DNA of 59,893 nucleotides from a virus. The stretch is from positions 1 through 59,893 of the IMG/VR virus record IMGVR_UViG_3300010401_000008, one strand, 5' to 3'. The translations under genes were made by a program, and so were the position numbers. Within the stretch, counting starts at the first letter, position 1, and each line of letters begins with the position of its first letter. This document shows positions 36,921-44,655 of this stretch, one piece after another. The notes below the pieces were generated by a model. The model did not search any database. It was not told the origin of the DNA and saw only the letters and a program-made list of their open reading frames with translations.

Positions 36921-39004
36921 GCGCCGCCTTCCAGATTTTTCACTTACCCCGCGGTACCGCGATCAGCAGCAACCTGACGCTGGTATCTGGCGCGCGTGTC
37001 CGGTTCTTTCTGACCACCACTGTCACGCCGACTCCGGTCTATCGGGATTCAGGCCTCACGACGCCGCATACACAACCTGTGGAGGCCGACTCTGCAGGAC
37101 GACTGCCCACGATCTATTTAGATCCATCGATCATCTATAGAGTGACGTTCACCGATAGCGCTGATGTAGAGATCTACCCGGCGGTCGATCCGGTCAATGA
37201 CCAGTTTCTTTCGCAGGCGGTAATTGGAGGCTTGCTTTATCCCCGCACGCAGGCAGAGATAGCAGCCGGGGCAGTGCCAATCAACCTCGCATATTCGCCG
37301 GACAACCTGGCACGATTCCTGATTCCGAACAATTCCGGATCTACCGTCGCCACGGCGAACGCGAATAATCTGATCGCGCTATTTGATCCAACAAAGAACG
37401 GTCCAACAGGACGGTTCTACTTTCCGAACCTGAACGGTACGGATATCTACTACTTCAACAATGTGATCCAGATACGACCCGGCGTGCATCTCGATCTCAT
37501 GGGCTCGACGCTCATATTTTCGAAAACGTATGCGACCGCAGATGACTACATGGGGTTCTTCACATTCATCCGTGATGTGACGATTCAGAACGGTTCAATC
37601 GTCGTCAACTACACCGGTGTGGGCACCCTGAACCCCGGCGCGATCATGCGTATTGGCAGCCGCTCGGGCTATCCGTTCGGCAGCTTCTCCGCCGGTATCT
37701 TCGACAAGACAGATCTCGCGGATGCGGCCCTGCCGCTCATGGGTAACATCCTGCTCAGAAATCTGAGACTGTCGACCAATAACGCGGTGACCCAGCCCGT
37801 CCTCATGTTCGGCGGACTGCGAAACGTGATCGTAGAAAACGTCTTCCTCGATTGCCAGAATGGAGCGAGCTACGGCATTTACTACGAGTTCGGATACGCC
37901 ACGACCAATGGCTCGCCAGGCAACCAGACGCTATGGAGCTCGAGTCACGCCACCAACATGCATTTCCGCAACGTGCGCGTCATCGGACTCAACGGCGCCA
38001 TTGCGGGAGCAGGTATCTCGCTGATCGGCGCCTACAACAGCACGGTCGACGGACTCTATGTCAAGAGCGGCTATGCGACCTTTGAGTTCCGGCCCGGCGA
38101 GGCCTTGTTCTTCAGCCCGTGGACGGGTGAAGACACGGCCGGTGCGAAACGCTCGATCACACTGCGCAATATCAACGGGCAAGACATTACGACCAATGGC
38201 ATGAGTCTTGTGGGTGCCGAGGCGCCTCTCGGATATCTCGCTGGAGCAGGGCTCACGGTCTATCAGCAGGTCGACCTCATGTCCTTTTCGGTGGATGGTT
38301 TCTCGATCAAGATGGCGGGTGCGACCGGCAATGGTATCAGTGTCTCGGGGCCTGCTGATATCCGCAACGGCCGGGTCACCGGCGGATTCAATCCGCTCAC
38401 CATCGGGCCTGAATGCACACTGTTCGATATTGACCGGGTCGAACTGACAGGAGGAGCGGGCGTCGGGGTTCGGGCCGATACAAACAGCTCGTTCGTCTCG
38501 CGCAAGAAGATTGGCACCATCTCCAACAGCAAGATTTGTGGCAATGTGGGTGCGGCAATCAGTCTGGATTACACCGAATCGGTGCTCATCAGTCGCAACC
38601 AGATCGGCTATAGCGCGAACTATGATGCAAGCAACGAGGCGACCCAGACCAACGCGGTCTCGGTCTCCGCGAACGCCAGCGGCGTCGTATGCGAAGGCAA
38701 CTACTGCACGATCACCGGAGCGGCGGCGGTCTATGCATCGTCTGGAACCGGCGATCGGGGCAACGAATTGAGAAGCCGACGCGGCGCGACAACTTATACC
38801 GCAGGCGGCTGGTTGATTGATGGTGTGGGGCAGGCCACGAGTGCACAGATTCTCGACAAAACGAGCGCCATCAACACGGTGAATAAGTATCAGTACAAGA
38901 AGATTTGGGACACGTCGAACCTGTTCATGGTCTACGCTACGGGGCCCAGTGATGTCTCAACGTGGAAGATCGTGGATAACAGCGCGACTTACACGCCGGT
39001 ATGA
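36917..39004 (+). CDS. tailspike with a beta-helix depolymerase-like domain
   Basis: 695 aa. ATGA overlap. N-terminal anchor as above, then repetitive beta-helix-like segments (NGSIVVNYTGVG..., GISVSGPADIRNGRVTGG). Confidence 0.65.
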   Translation: MSAAFQIFHLPRGTAISSNLTLVSGARVRFFLTTTVTPTPVYRDSGLTTPHTQPVEADSAGRLPTIYLDPSIIYRVTFTDSADVEIYPAVDPVNDQFLSQAVIGGLLYPRTQAEIAAGAVPINLAYSPDNLARFLIPNNSGSTVATANANNLIALFDPTKNGPTGRFYFPNLNGTDIYYFNNVIQIRPGVHLDLMGSTLIFSKTYATADDYMGFFTFIRDVTIQNGSIVVNYTGVGTLNPGAIMRIGSRSGYPFGSFSAGIFDKTDLADAALPLMGNILLRNLRLSTNNAVTQPVLMFGGLRNVIVENVFLDCQNGASYGIYYEFGYATTNGSPGNQTLWSSSHATNMHFRNVRVIGLNGAIAGAGISLIGAYNSTVDGLYVKSGYATFEFRPGEALFFSPWTGEDTAGAKRSITLRNINGQDITTNGMSLVGAEAPLGYLAGAGLTVYQQVDLMSFSVDGFSIKMAGATGNGISVSGPADIRNGRVTGGFNPLTIGPECTLFDIDRVELTGGAGVGVRADTNSSFVSRKKIGTISNSKICGNVGAAISLDYTESVLISRNQIGYSANYDASNEATQTNAVSVSANASGVVCEGNYCTITGAAAVYASSGTGDRGNELRSRRGATTYTAGGWLIDGVGQATSAQILDKTSAINTVNKYQYKKIWDTSNLFMVYATGPSDVSTWKIVDNSATYTPV

Positions 39005-39274
39005 TCAGCGCCGAAAAACAGTCTTTCCCCGCCCGCAATCGGCACATCTGTAATCGATGTGATAGGTGTTGCTACTTATGCGCCGCAGGGAAGAGCCGTG
39101 AAGGCCAAGCCAGCAAAGTGTCACTCGAATCTGCACCAGCAGGAGGATTGTGGCGATGACGATCCAGCCGCCGGCCATTATGAAGGCCCATGCGAATCGG
39201 TCAGTCATCCCCGGGAAATATCCTGAATCGTGATGCGGAATCGTGCCGGGATCAACTGGCTGATGCTCGTCCAT
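39005..39274 (-). CDS. antisense membrane protein with a C-terminal CxxC (moron candidate)
   Basis: ATG 39274 lies 4 nt after GGAGG. One TM (FAWAFIMAGGWIVIATILLLVQI). YRCADCGRGK. Its stop abuts the tailspike stop (TGATCA). Confidence 0.5.
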   Translation of the reverse strand: MDEHQPVDPGTIPHHDSGYFPGMTDRFAWAFIMAGGWIVIATILLLVQIRVTLCWLGLHGSSLRRISSNTYHIDYRCADCGRGKTVFRR

Positions 39275-39358
39275 GGCGCCTCCGTTTTCACGGAGGGTAA
39301 CACGACGGGCGTCATTGAGCCGAAAACGTAGAAGCTGACGAACGCCCAGAGGGACAAC

Positions 39359-39742
39359 ATGGCTAGGGAGCGGGGGCCGAATGACTTTGTAGAAGATGCC
39401 CGCAACCACGGGGACTTCGATCGACTGCCGGACTACGCCATCGAACGGCGCCGCGGCAAACCGCAGGCGAGCTGGCTGACGACAGTCGGTCTTGTCGCCT
39501 CGCTCATCATTCAGGTCGGCGCATTGGCCTGGTACGGCGGCCGGCTCGAGCAGCGCGTGACCAGCGCCGAGACCGCGAACGAGCGTCAGGATCGTGACAA
39601 TCAGCGTCTGGCTGATTCTATCCGCGAAATTGCGGCCGAGAACAACCGGCAGGCACAGACCATTGCAGGAACCAACGCTTCATATCTTGATATCGTGCGC
39701 CGGCTCCAGAGTATTGAGGAAAAGCTTGATCATCGCAGATGA
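39359..39742 (+). CDS. bitopic membrane protein with coiled coil
   Basis: TM WLTTVGLVASLIIQVGALAWYGG, then a heptad-rich RLEQRV...LQSIEEKLD. Confidence 0.5.
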   Translation: MARERGPNDFVEDARNHGDFDRLPDYAIERRRGKPQASWLTTVGLVASLIIQVGALAWYGGRLEQRVTSAETANERQDRDNQRLADSIREIAAENNRQAQTIAGTNASYLDIVRRLQSIEEKLDHRR

Positions 39743-39748
39743 GCATTC

Positions 39749-40318
39749 GTGGAACCCCTGAAGCGATTCAGCTGGGGCGGCATCAAAGAGACGCTCGCCT
39801 CACTAAGGAACGTCATGCCGACCGCTGAAAGAACCCAAGTCGCGGGCGATGACGTCACGCGTATCAGGCCGGGCGAGGGCGCAACGTGGATTGAGTCACC
39901 CGGAGGGACGGACAAGTCGCAGCGCTCTACGGAAGGCGGGGCGAACTCGCGCGCTGAGGTCAACGATTCTGGTAGCAAGACGCTTGCGACGATCGCGCTG
40001 TGCTTCGCGTTTGTGGGTGGCGTCGCTGGCGTTGGGGCGTGGATTCGCGCCGATGCTAACGCGTCGGCTCTTGAGCAAACGCAGCGTATGTGGACAGCGG
40101 AGCACGAGCGAACCGCTGCGAGCTGGAATTCACAGCACACTCAGGCGATGGACGAGTTCAAAGCGGTAAAGACTCAGATGTGGCTCGTCGAGCGGCGCTT
40201 GATGGACAAGGAAGCGCTGGAGATCATTCACGGCGACAAACTCCCGTCCGACTCCGAGTTTGGCGCGACTGGCAATATGCAACGTATGAAACCAAAGGAG
40301 AAGGCACATGGGCGGTAA
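39749..40318 (+). CDS. bitopic membrane protein with coiled coil
   Basis: GTG start. [23 protein letters not shown], then a helical tail. Confidence 0.5.
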   Translation: MEPLKRFSWGGIKETLASLRNVMPTAERTQVAGDDVTRIRPGEGATWIESPGGTDKSQRSTEGGANSRAEVNDSGSKTLATIALCFAFVGGVAGVGAWIRADANASALEQTQRMWTAEHERTAASWNSQHTQAMDEFKAVKTQMWLVERRLMDKEALEIIHGDKLPSDSEFGATGNMQRMKPKEKAHGR

Positions 40319-40508
40319 TTCAGGACCGGTAATCATTCGTCAGAATCTACGCAAGTCTCTCGAAGATCCATCCGTCTCCGGATGGATCACGGGACCGAGG
40401 CGCGTGAAGATGGATGCGATCCTCGCACGACCTGATGACACGCAAAGTCCGCATGAGACGCAATTTCTGATGCGATGTCAGGCAGAGGCCTTCGACTGCA
40501 TGACGTAA
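40308..40508 (+). CDS. hypothetical protein (66 aa)
   Basis: Track ORF, overlapping its neighbours at both ends. Confidence 0.4.
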   Translation: MGGNSGPVIIRQNLRKSLEDPSVSGWITGPRRVKMDAILARPDDTQSPHETQFLMRCQAEAFDCMT

Positions 40509-40696
40509 TGAGCGCGGCCACCCTTACCGTCATCGCCTCTGTGATCAGTACGCTCGTCAGCGTATTGGTCGCAGGGGTGATGGTGCGCTACCACTGCAAG
40601 CAGGATGACGAAAAACGCGGAGCCCAGGATCAGCGCTCGGAAGAAAACACGCGCCGGATCGGTGAACTCGAACGCATTCAGCGAGGCGAGCGATGA
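40508..40696 (+). CDS. bitopic membrane protein with a short coiled coil (62 aa)
   Basis: TAATG coupling. [26 protein letters not shown], then a charged helix. Confidence 0.5.
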   Translation: MSAATLTVIASVISTLVSVLVAGVMVRYHCKQDDEKRGAQDQRSEENTRRIGELERIQRGER

Positions 40697-40711
40697 TCAG
40701 GAAAGGGCGTA

Positions 40712-40819
40712 ATGCCTGAATGGCTCTATCCCACCCTCCTTGGCATCTTTGTGACGCTCGTTGGCGTCATCTGGCGCATCGGTGTCCAGAAACAGGGGGA
40801 TTTCGAGAGGCGCTCATAA
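40712..40819 (+). CDS. 35-aa TM peptide, in frame with the next ORF across a TAA
   Basis: MPEWLYPTLLGIFVTLVGVIWRIGV... TAA at 40817-40819. No further stop in frame up to ATG 40871. Confidence 0.4.
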   Translation: MPEWLYPTLLGIFVTLVGVIWRIGVQKQGDFERRS

Positions 40820-40870
40820 GAGCGTTTCGACGCTATCGATGCAAAGCTCGCCCTGTCGGATCAGGCAGTA

Positions 40871-41143
40871 ATGGCAACGAAAGTGCTCAGGCTCGAGGAC
40901 GAAGTGCAGATCTTTCGTGATTTCCGCCATAACGAGTACAACAATCGCATTACCCAGATCCAGCTCGACATGCGCACGGATCAGAAGATGATCGAGAGCG
41001 CGAAGTACGAAGTGGATGCCTTGAGGGAATGGCGTCACACCGTCGTAGATCCCTACGTTCCCCGGGTCCTCGATGTCTTCAATGAGCGGCTAGGGCGGCT
41101 CGAGCGCAAGGTTTTCAATGGGCACCGGGGAGAGGAGCGATGA
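40871..41143 (+). CDS. coiled-coil protein (possible C-terminal part of a split TM/coiled-coil gene)
   Basis: 90 aa, heptad-rich. Weak RBS. Same frame as 40712-40819. Confidence 0.5.
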   Translation: MATKVLRLEDEVQIFRDFRHNEYNNRITQIQLDMRTDQKMIESAKYEVDALREWRHTVVDPYVPRVLDVFNERLGRLERKVFNGHRGEER

Positions 41144-41583
41144 TCGTGACTCTGCTCCGGGACCAGCATGAGCCGGTCTGCACGCTGGGAGTGTTGATGC
41201 TGGGTGACTGGCATTGCCAGACGCTCGAGCGCCCGTGGATTCCGGATTCTGCCGGAAACCCAGGAGGGCATCCGGAGACCTCCTGTGTGCCCTGTGGCAC
41301 CTATCGCCTGCTGAGGCACGACACCCCTCATCATCCGCGCACCTGGTGTCTGGTAAATCACGAGCTTGGGGTCTATGCCGGCCCGACGCATGGCATGCGT
41401 GACAGTATCCTGATTCATACCGGGAATGTTGCCACAGATGTGCTGGGATGCATTCTCGTTGGACTGGGCCGGCGCTGGACGGGCGAAGAATGGATGATCA
41501 CCTCGAGCCGTGAGGCCTTTCGCCAGCTTGCTGAAATCCTGCCGTGGACTGATGAGAATTCACTGGAGATCAGGAACGTATGA
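41140..41583 (+). CDS. putative endolysin (DUF5675-like fold, from memory of that family)
   Basis: TLGVLMLGD..CQTLERPW...SCVPCGTYRL...ILIHTGNVATDVLGCILVG. Positioned next to the holin and spanins. Confidence 0.45.
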   Translation: MIVTLLRDQHEPVCTLGVLMLGDWHCQTLERPWIPDSAGNPGGHPETSCVPCGTYRLLRHDTPHHPRTWCLVNHELGVYAGPTHGMRDSILIHTGNVATDVLGCILVGLGRRWTGEEWMITSSREAFRQLAEILPWTDENSLEIRNV

Positions 41584-41607
41584 AACTCTCAGGCGGCGGG
41601 TGCCACA

Positions 41608-41934
41608 ATGAATAGAGAGCGCATGCTGCATTGGGCGGAAGCCATCGATCGCTATCGCGTGTTCCCGCGGTCCTTTCTCATCGCCTGCTTTATTTGGGCA
41701 GTCTGGATTTCGTGGATTCTCATCAACTGGTACATCACGCTTTCGAAGGAAGACCGCGGTCTTGAGGCAACCGGTTTTGGATCGGTGGTATTGCTGGCCG
41801 TGCTGGGTTTCCTGAAAATGGTATATCAAACTTACAGCGATGCGGGCCCTAGCTGGAATGCGCCAGCTGTGAGCAGTAGCAGTACAACTACAACATCCTC
41901 GACTGTGGTCGCACCACCAGCGGTGACACAATGA
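41608..41934 (+). CDS. holin candidate
   Basis: Two to three TM segments (FLIACFIWAVWISWILINWYI, FGSVVLLAVLGFLKMVY) and a Ser/Thr-rich tail. Confidence 0.45.
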   Translation: MNRERMLHWAEAIDRYRVFPRSFLIACFIWAVWISWILINWYITLSKEDRGLEATGFGSVVLLAVLGFLKMVYQTYSDAGPSWNAPAVSSSSTTTTSSTVVAPPAVTQ

Positions 41935-42028
41935 AGCTCCTGTGTTCCTTCATCCGTCTCAATCGCGTTCCTTTGCTGATCGTGATACTCGCGTCGGCTG
42001 TCTGGCTCATCTTCCATACGGCGATCCC

Positions 42029-42532
42029 ATGATCTGGCTCAAACTCTGGCCGTATCTGCTAGGTGCGCTGGTATTTGGAAGCCTTGGTGCATGGGGCGCC
42101 ACTGTGTTTGATGACAAGCGCTACGCGGCGTTGGATCTTCAATACGCCAACTACCGGACCCAGTCGACCGAAGCCGCCCTGAAGGCGCAGGATGCGGCAA
42201 GGATGGTACTGGAGCAGCAGATCGAGCAGACGCACAAGGTCACTCTCAACAATCAGGCCACTCTCCATGATCTCGAAACCCAGACTGCCGCTATCGCTGC
42301 TGACCGTGATCGCTCTCGGGAGCTTGTGCGCCGGTTGCTCGCCGCCGCGTCCCGACCCGCCGCCAGTGGTGGTCAGCTGCCAGAAGCCCGTGATCGACCC
42401 GCCACTCCTGAAGCCAGCCAGTCTGGAAGCGCTGTCGACGTTAGAGAGTTACTTGTCAACGCTGCCGCCGAGTGCCGCGGGAACGCTGCCCGACTGAACT
42501 CGTTAATCGCGGAGATCCGGCCACAGCTTTAG
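42029..42532 (+). CDS. Rz: i-spanin (Rz-like)
   Basis: N-terminal TM MIWLKLWPYLLGALVFGSLGAWG plus a periplasmic coiled coil. Contains the embedded Rz1-like ORF. Confidence 0.65.
   Translation: MIWLKLWPYLLGALVFGSLGAWGATVFDDKRYAALDLQYANYRTQSTEAALKAQDAARMVLEQQIEQTHKVTLNNQATLHDLETQTAAIAADRDRSRELVRRLLAAASRPAASGGQLPEARDRPATPEASQSGSAVDVRELLVNAAAECRGNAARLNSLIAEIRPQL
42267..42497 (+). CDS. Rz1: o-spanin (Rz1-like lipoprotein) embedded in the +1 frame
   Basis: MISKPRLPLSLLTVIALGSLCAGC lipobox, then a Pro-rich mature part (SPPRPDPPPVVV). Confidence 0.65.
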   Translation: MISKPRLPLSLLTVIALGSLCAGCSPPRPDPPPVVVSCQKPVIDPPLLKPASLEALSTLESYLSTLPPSAAGTLPD

Positions 42533-42541
42533 GAGATCACC

Positions 42542-42682
42542 ATGGCATGGCAACTCGTTTTACTCGTCTTCGCCTTCGTGCTGTTCGTGCTCGCGGCGCT
42601 GAATGTCCCGTCCACCCGCATCAATCTCGGCTGGGCTGGGATGGCGTGTATCGCGGCCTACTGGCTGTTCGCGCACGGATGA
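42542..42682 (+). CDS. 46-aa two-TM membrane peptide
   Basis: ATG 6 nt after AGGAG. MAWQLVLLVFAFVLFVLAALNVP...GWAGMACIAAYWLFA. Confidence 0.5.
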   Translation: MAWQLVLLVFAFVLFVLAALNVPSTRINLGWAGMACIAAYWLFAHG

Positions 42683-42786
42683 GCACAGTTCGTCTACGCG
42701 CGCCGTGAGACACCTATAGCGCTCTTCAGTCGGCGCGACGGTGTGGCGGCTGCGAATCACGATCTGGCCGTCGCGGGTGAGCAGGA

Positions 42787-43248
42787 TCATGGAAATTGCT
42801 CGACATCGTTGATGAACCAGCGGCCGGGCCCATTCCCTTCACATTCCCATGTGAGCTGATCGTTGACTTTCAAGCGCGCCTGAACGTACGGAGGCGGCTG
42901 TAGGGCAGGTAGAGTGATCACCTCGGGATCGATGTTGTCAGATGCTGCAGGTATGGGCAGATGTCGAAAGCCCGGCGGAGTCTCGCCAGACAGTCGCACT
43001 TTTGAGATCGTCATGACGGGCTCTCTGAAATAGATCCAGACAGAATCGTGGTCGCTGTCCGTCTGCTTCTCATCGATCTCGTAGCCCGCCTCTTTGATCG
43101 CTTCTCTGGCGTCGCGTATGCCGTCGTTGACGACATCGTGAAGCTCCTGCGTTTCGTCGTCATAGATGCGGAAGCTTTCGGTGTAGACCCACCAATCGCC
43201 TTCCCTCGCGACCTCGCCACATAGCGCGCGGAATTCAGGTATCGTCAT
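42787..43248 (-). CDS. hypothetical protein (153 aa, acidic N-terminal half)
   Basis: ATG 43248 follows AAGGAGG, which lies within the end of the XRE gene. No motif recognised. Confidence 0.5.
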   Translation of the reverse strand: MTIPEFRALCGEVAREGDWWVYTESFRIYDDETQELHDVVNDGIRDAREAIKEAGYEIDEKQTDSDHDSVWIYFREPVMTISKVRLSGETPPGFRHLPIPAASDNIDPEVITLPALQPPPYVQARLKVNDQLTWECEGNGPGRWFINDVEQFP

Positions 43249-43264
43249 GGCCCTGACGCCTCCT

Positions 43265-43666
43265 TCATCGCTTCTTGTACGCATTTTGGCAATACGGCGG
43301 CAGATAACCGCGAGCCTTCGCCAATTCCTGAACGCTCGGGGCCTTTGACTTTCCGCTCTCGTCCATGCACGCGCCTACGAATCGGTCGAAGGCCTCGGAC
43401 AACTTCCGTAGCGCCAGCTCTTCGACTTCAGCCATGCTCTTCCCCAGCTCTGAGAACCAGTCCCGAGGCCTCAGCCCAAGCACCGGCGACAGGCGAACGA
43501 TCGTGACCATAGTCGGGTTGTCCGCCTCGCCAGACTCCAGCTTCGACAGATTGGCAACGGATATGCCGGCCATGCGCGCAGCTTCACGCAGCCCCAGCTT
43601 CTTATTCTCGCGCGACCGCTTTAGCATTGCGGCGACTTCCGCCATGGTCTTGACCTTCATCTGCAC
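43265..43666 (-). CDS. XRE-family HTH regulator
   Basis: LGLREAARMAGISVANLSKLESGE, an HTH_3 pattern. Confidence 0.7.
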   Translation of the reverse strand: MQMKVKTMAEVAAMLKRSRENKKLGLREAARMAGISVANLSKLESGEADNPTMVTIVRLSPVLGLRPRDWFSELGKSMAEVEELALRKLSEAFDRFVGACMDESGKSKAPSVQELAKARGYLPPYCQNAYKKR

Positions 43667-43694
43667 CTCCGTTTCGCGGAGTGTACATCAGGAC

Positions 43695-43817
43695 TCAACC
43701 AGACGCCTCCGTAAAGTCCCCGCCCAGATACATCCCCACCCAGTAGATCGCCAGAAGAACCAGAATAAAGACGATAAAGGCGAGAATCCCCAAGGCAATC
43801 TTTGCTGCCTCTTTCAT
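43695..43817 (-). CDS. 40-aa single-TM peptide
   Basis: MKEAAKIALGILAFIVFILVLLAIYWVGMYLGG. Below the track cutoff. Confidence 0.4.
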   Translation of the reverse strand: MKEAAKIALGILAFIVFILVLLAIYWVGMYLGGDFTEASG

Positions 43818-43876
43818 TTTCTGCCATTCCTTTTGGCTATCCTGTCACCTGTAGACGGCTCAGCCGTCACTTCCCT

Positions 43877-44437
43877 CTAGACGTGATACCCCAAGTTGCG
43901 AAAGTAGTGAACCGCAATGCGTTCGAACGGCTCAGGCCCCCAATCTGATAGTGCGACGTTGGCGGCATAACAGATCAGCCGGCAATTACCGACGTTGTAC
44001 CCCTGTCTCGGAGTAATCCTGTCCAAGCTTGGTGCGAAGGGCGGGAAAAGCGACCCTTCGGGTTTTTGCCAAGAGAATGGGGAGCAGCTGAACTCGCAGC
44101 GGCCTTTACTTCGCAATGCGATCTCGCGCAGTTGGTCTTTCGTCAGGTAGAACGCGATTCTTTTGCTTGTAGCGCGATCTTTAGTTCGCTGGTACATCGC
44201 GGCCAGCCACGAACCTGAATGTGACAGCCCCTCGGCCACGAGTGCATGCCAAGGAAGCTCGGGATTCTTGGGATAAGAAGCTGGCGTTTCGACCAGATCA
44301 GCGCGTCGCCCTGTAAGGGCAGCTAACTGGCGCTTCGCCTCTCCCTCATCTCGTGTTCGAAGTGAGTGTCTGAACTGGCGGTTATTACGACTGTACTGCG
44401 CGTAGTAGACGCCGTTTCTTTCATACAAAGTCGCCAT
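43877..44437 (-). CDS. integrase-arm-type N-domain fused to a His-Me-finger/HNH-like C-domain
   Basis: MATLYERNGVYYAQYSRNNRQFRHSLRTRDEGEA is paralogous to the Int N-terminus ATIYSRGACWYLNWSENGRQHRKSLGEISEHEA. The C-terminus reads CEFSC...PSLDRITPRQGYNVGNCRLICYAAN. Confidence 0.5.
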   Translation of the reverse strand: MATLYERNGVYYAQYSRNNRQFRHSLRTRDEGEAKRQLAALTGRRADLVETPASYPKNPELPWHALVAEGLSHSGSWLAAMYQRTKDRATSKRIAFYLTKDQLREIALRSKGRCEFSCSPFSWQKPEGSLFPPFAPSLDRITPRQGYNVGNCRLICYAANVALSDWGPEPFERIAVHYFRNLGYHV

Positions 44438-44520
44438 CGGCCAGCACGTCCAGCAGCACAGTGTGTGCTAGAAAATATCACATGCTGAGTAAATTTGAAT
44501 ACATGGAGACCCCATGATTT

Positions 44521-44568
44521 CGCCCTTTCACGGCGGTAACAGGGGTTCGAATCCCCTTGGGGACGCCA
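44521..44568 (+). other. attP core: 3' 48 nt of a tRNA-Glu(UUC) gene (anticodon arm to CCA)
   Basis: cgccctttcacggcggtaacaggggttcgaatccccttggggacgcca matches the 3' part of bacterial tRNA-Glu. The upstream sequence lacks the D-arm and a complementary 5' acceptor strand. Confidence 0.75.
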
Positions 44569-44633
44569 TTAGAGGCTGTAGGAGAGGCGATATCACGTAG
44601 CGGACAGAGATCACTGCCATAGAGAGCTATAGA

Positions 44634-44651
44634 GTGCTGCGAAAACAGCAC
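44634..44651 (-). terminator. hairpin 5 nt downstream of the int stop
   Basis: gtgctg-cgaaaa-cagcac. Only a weak U-tract follows. Confidence 0.3.
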
Positions 44652-44655
44652 ACCA

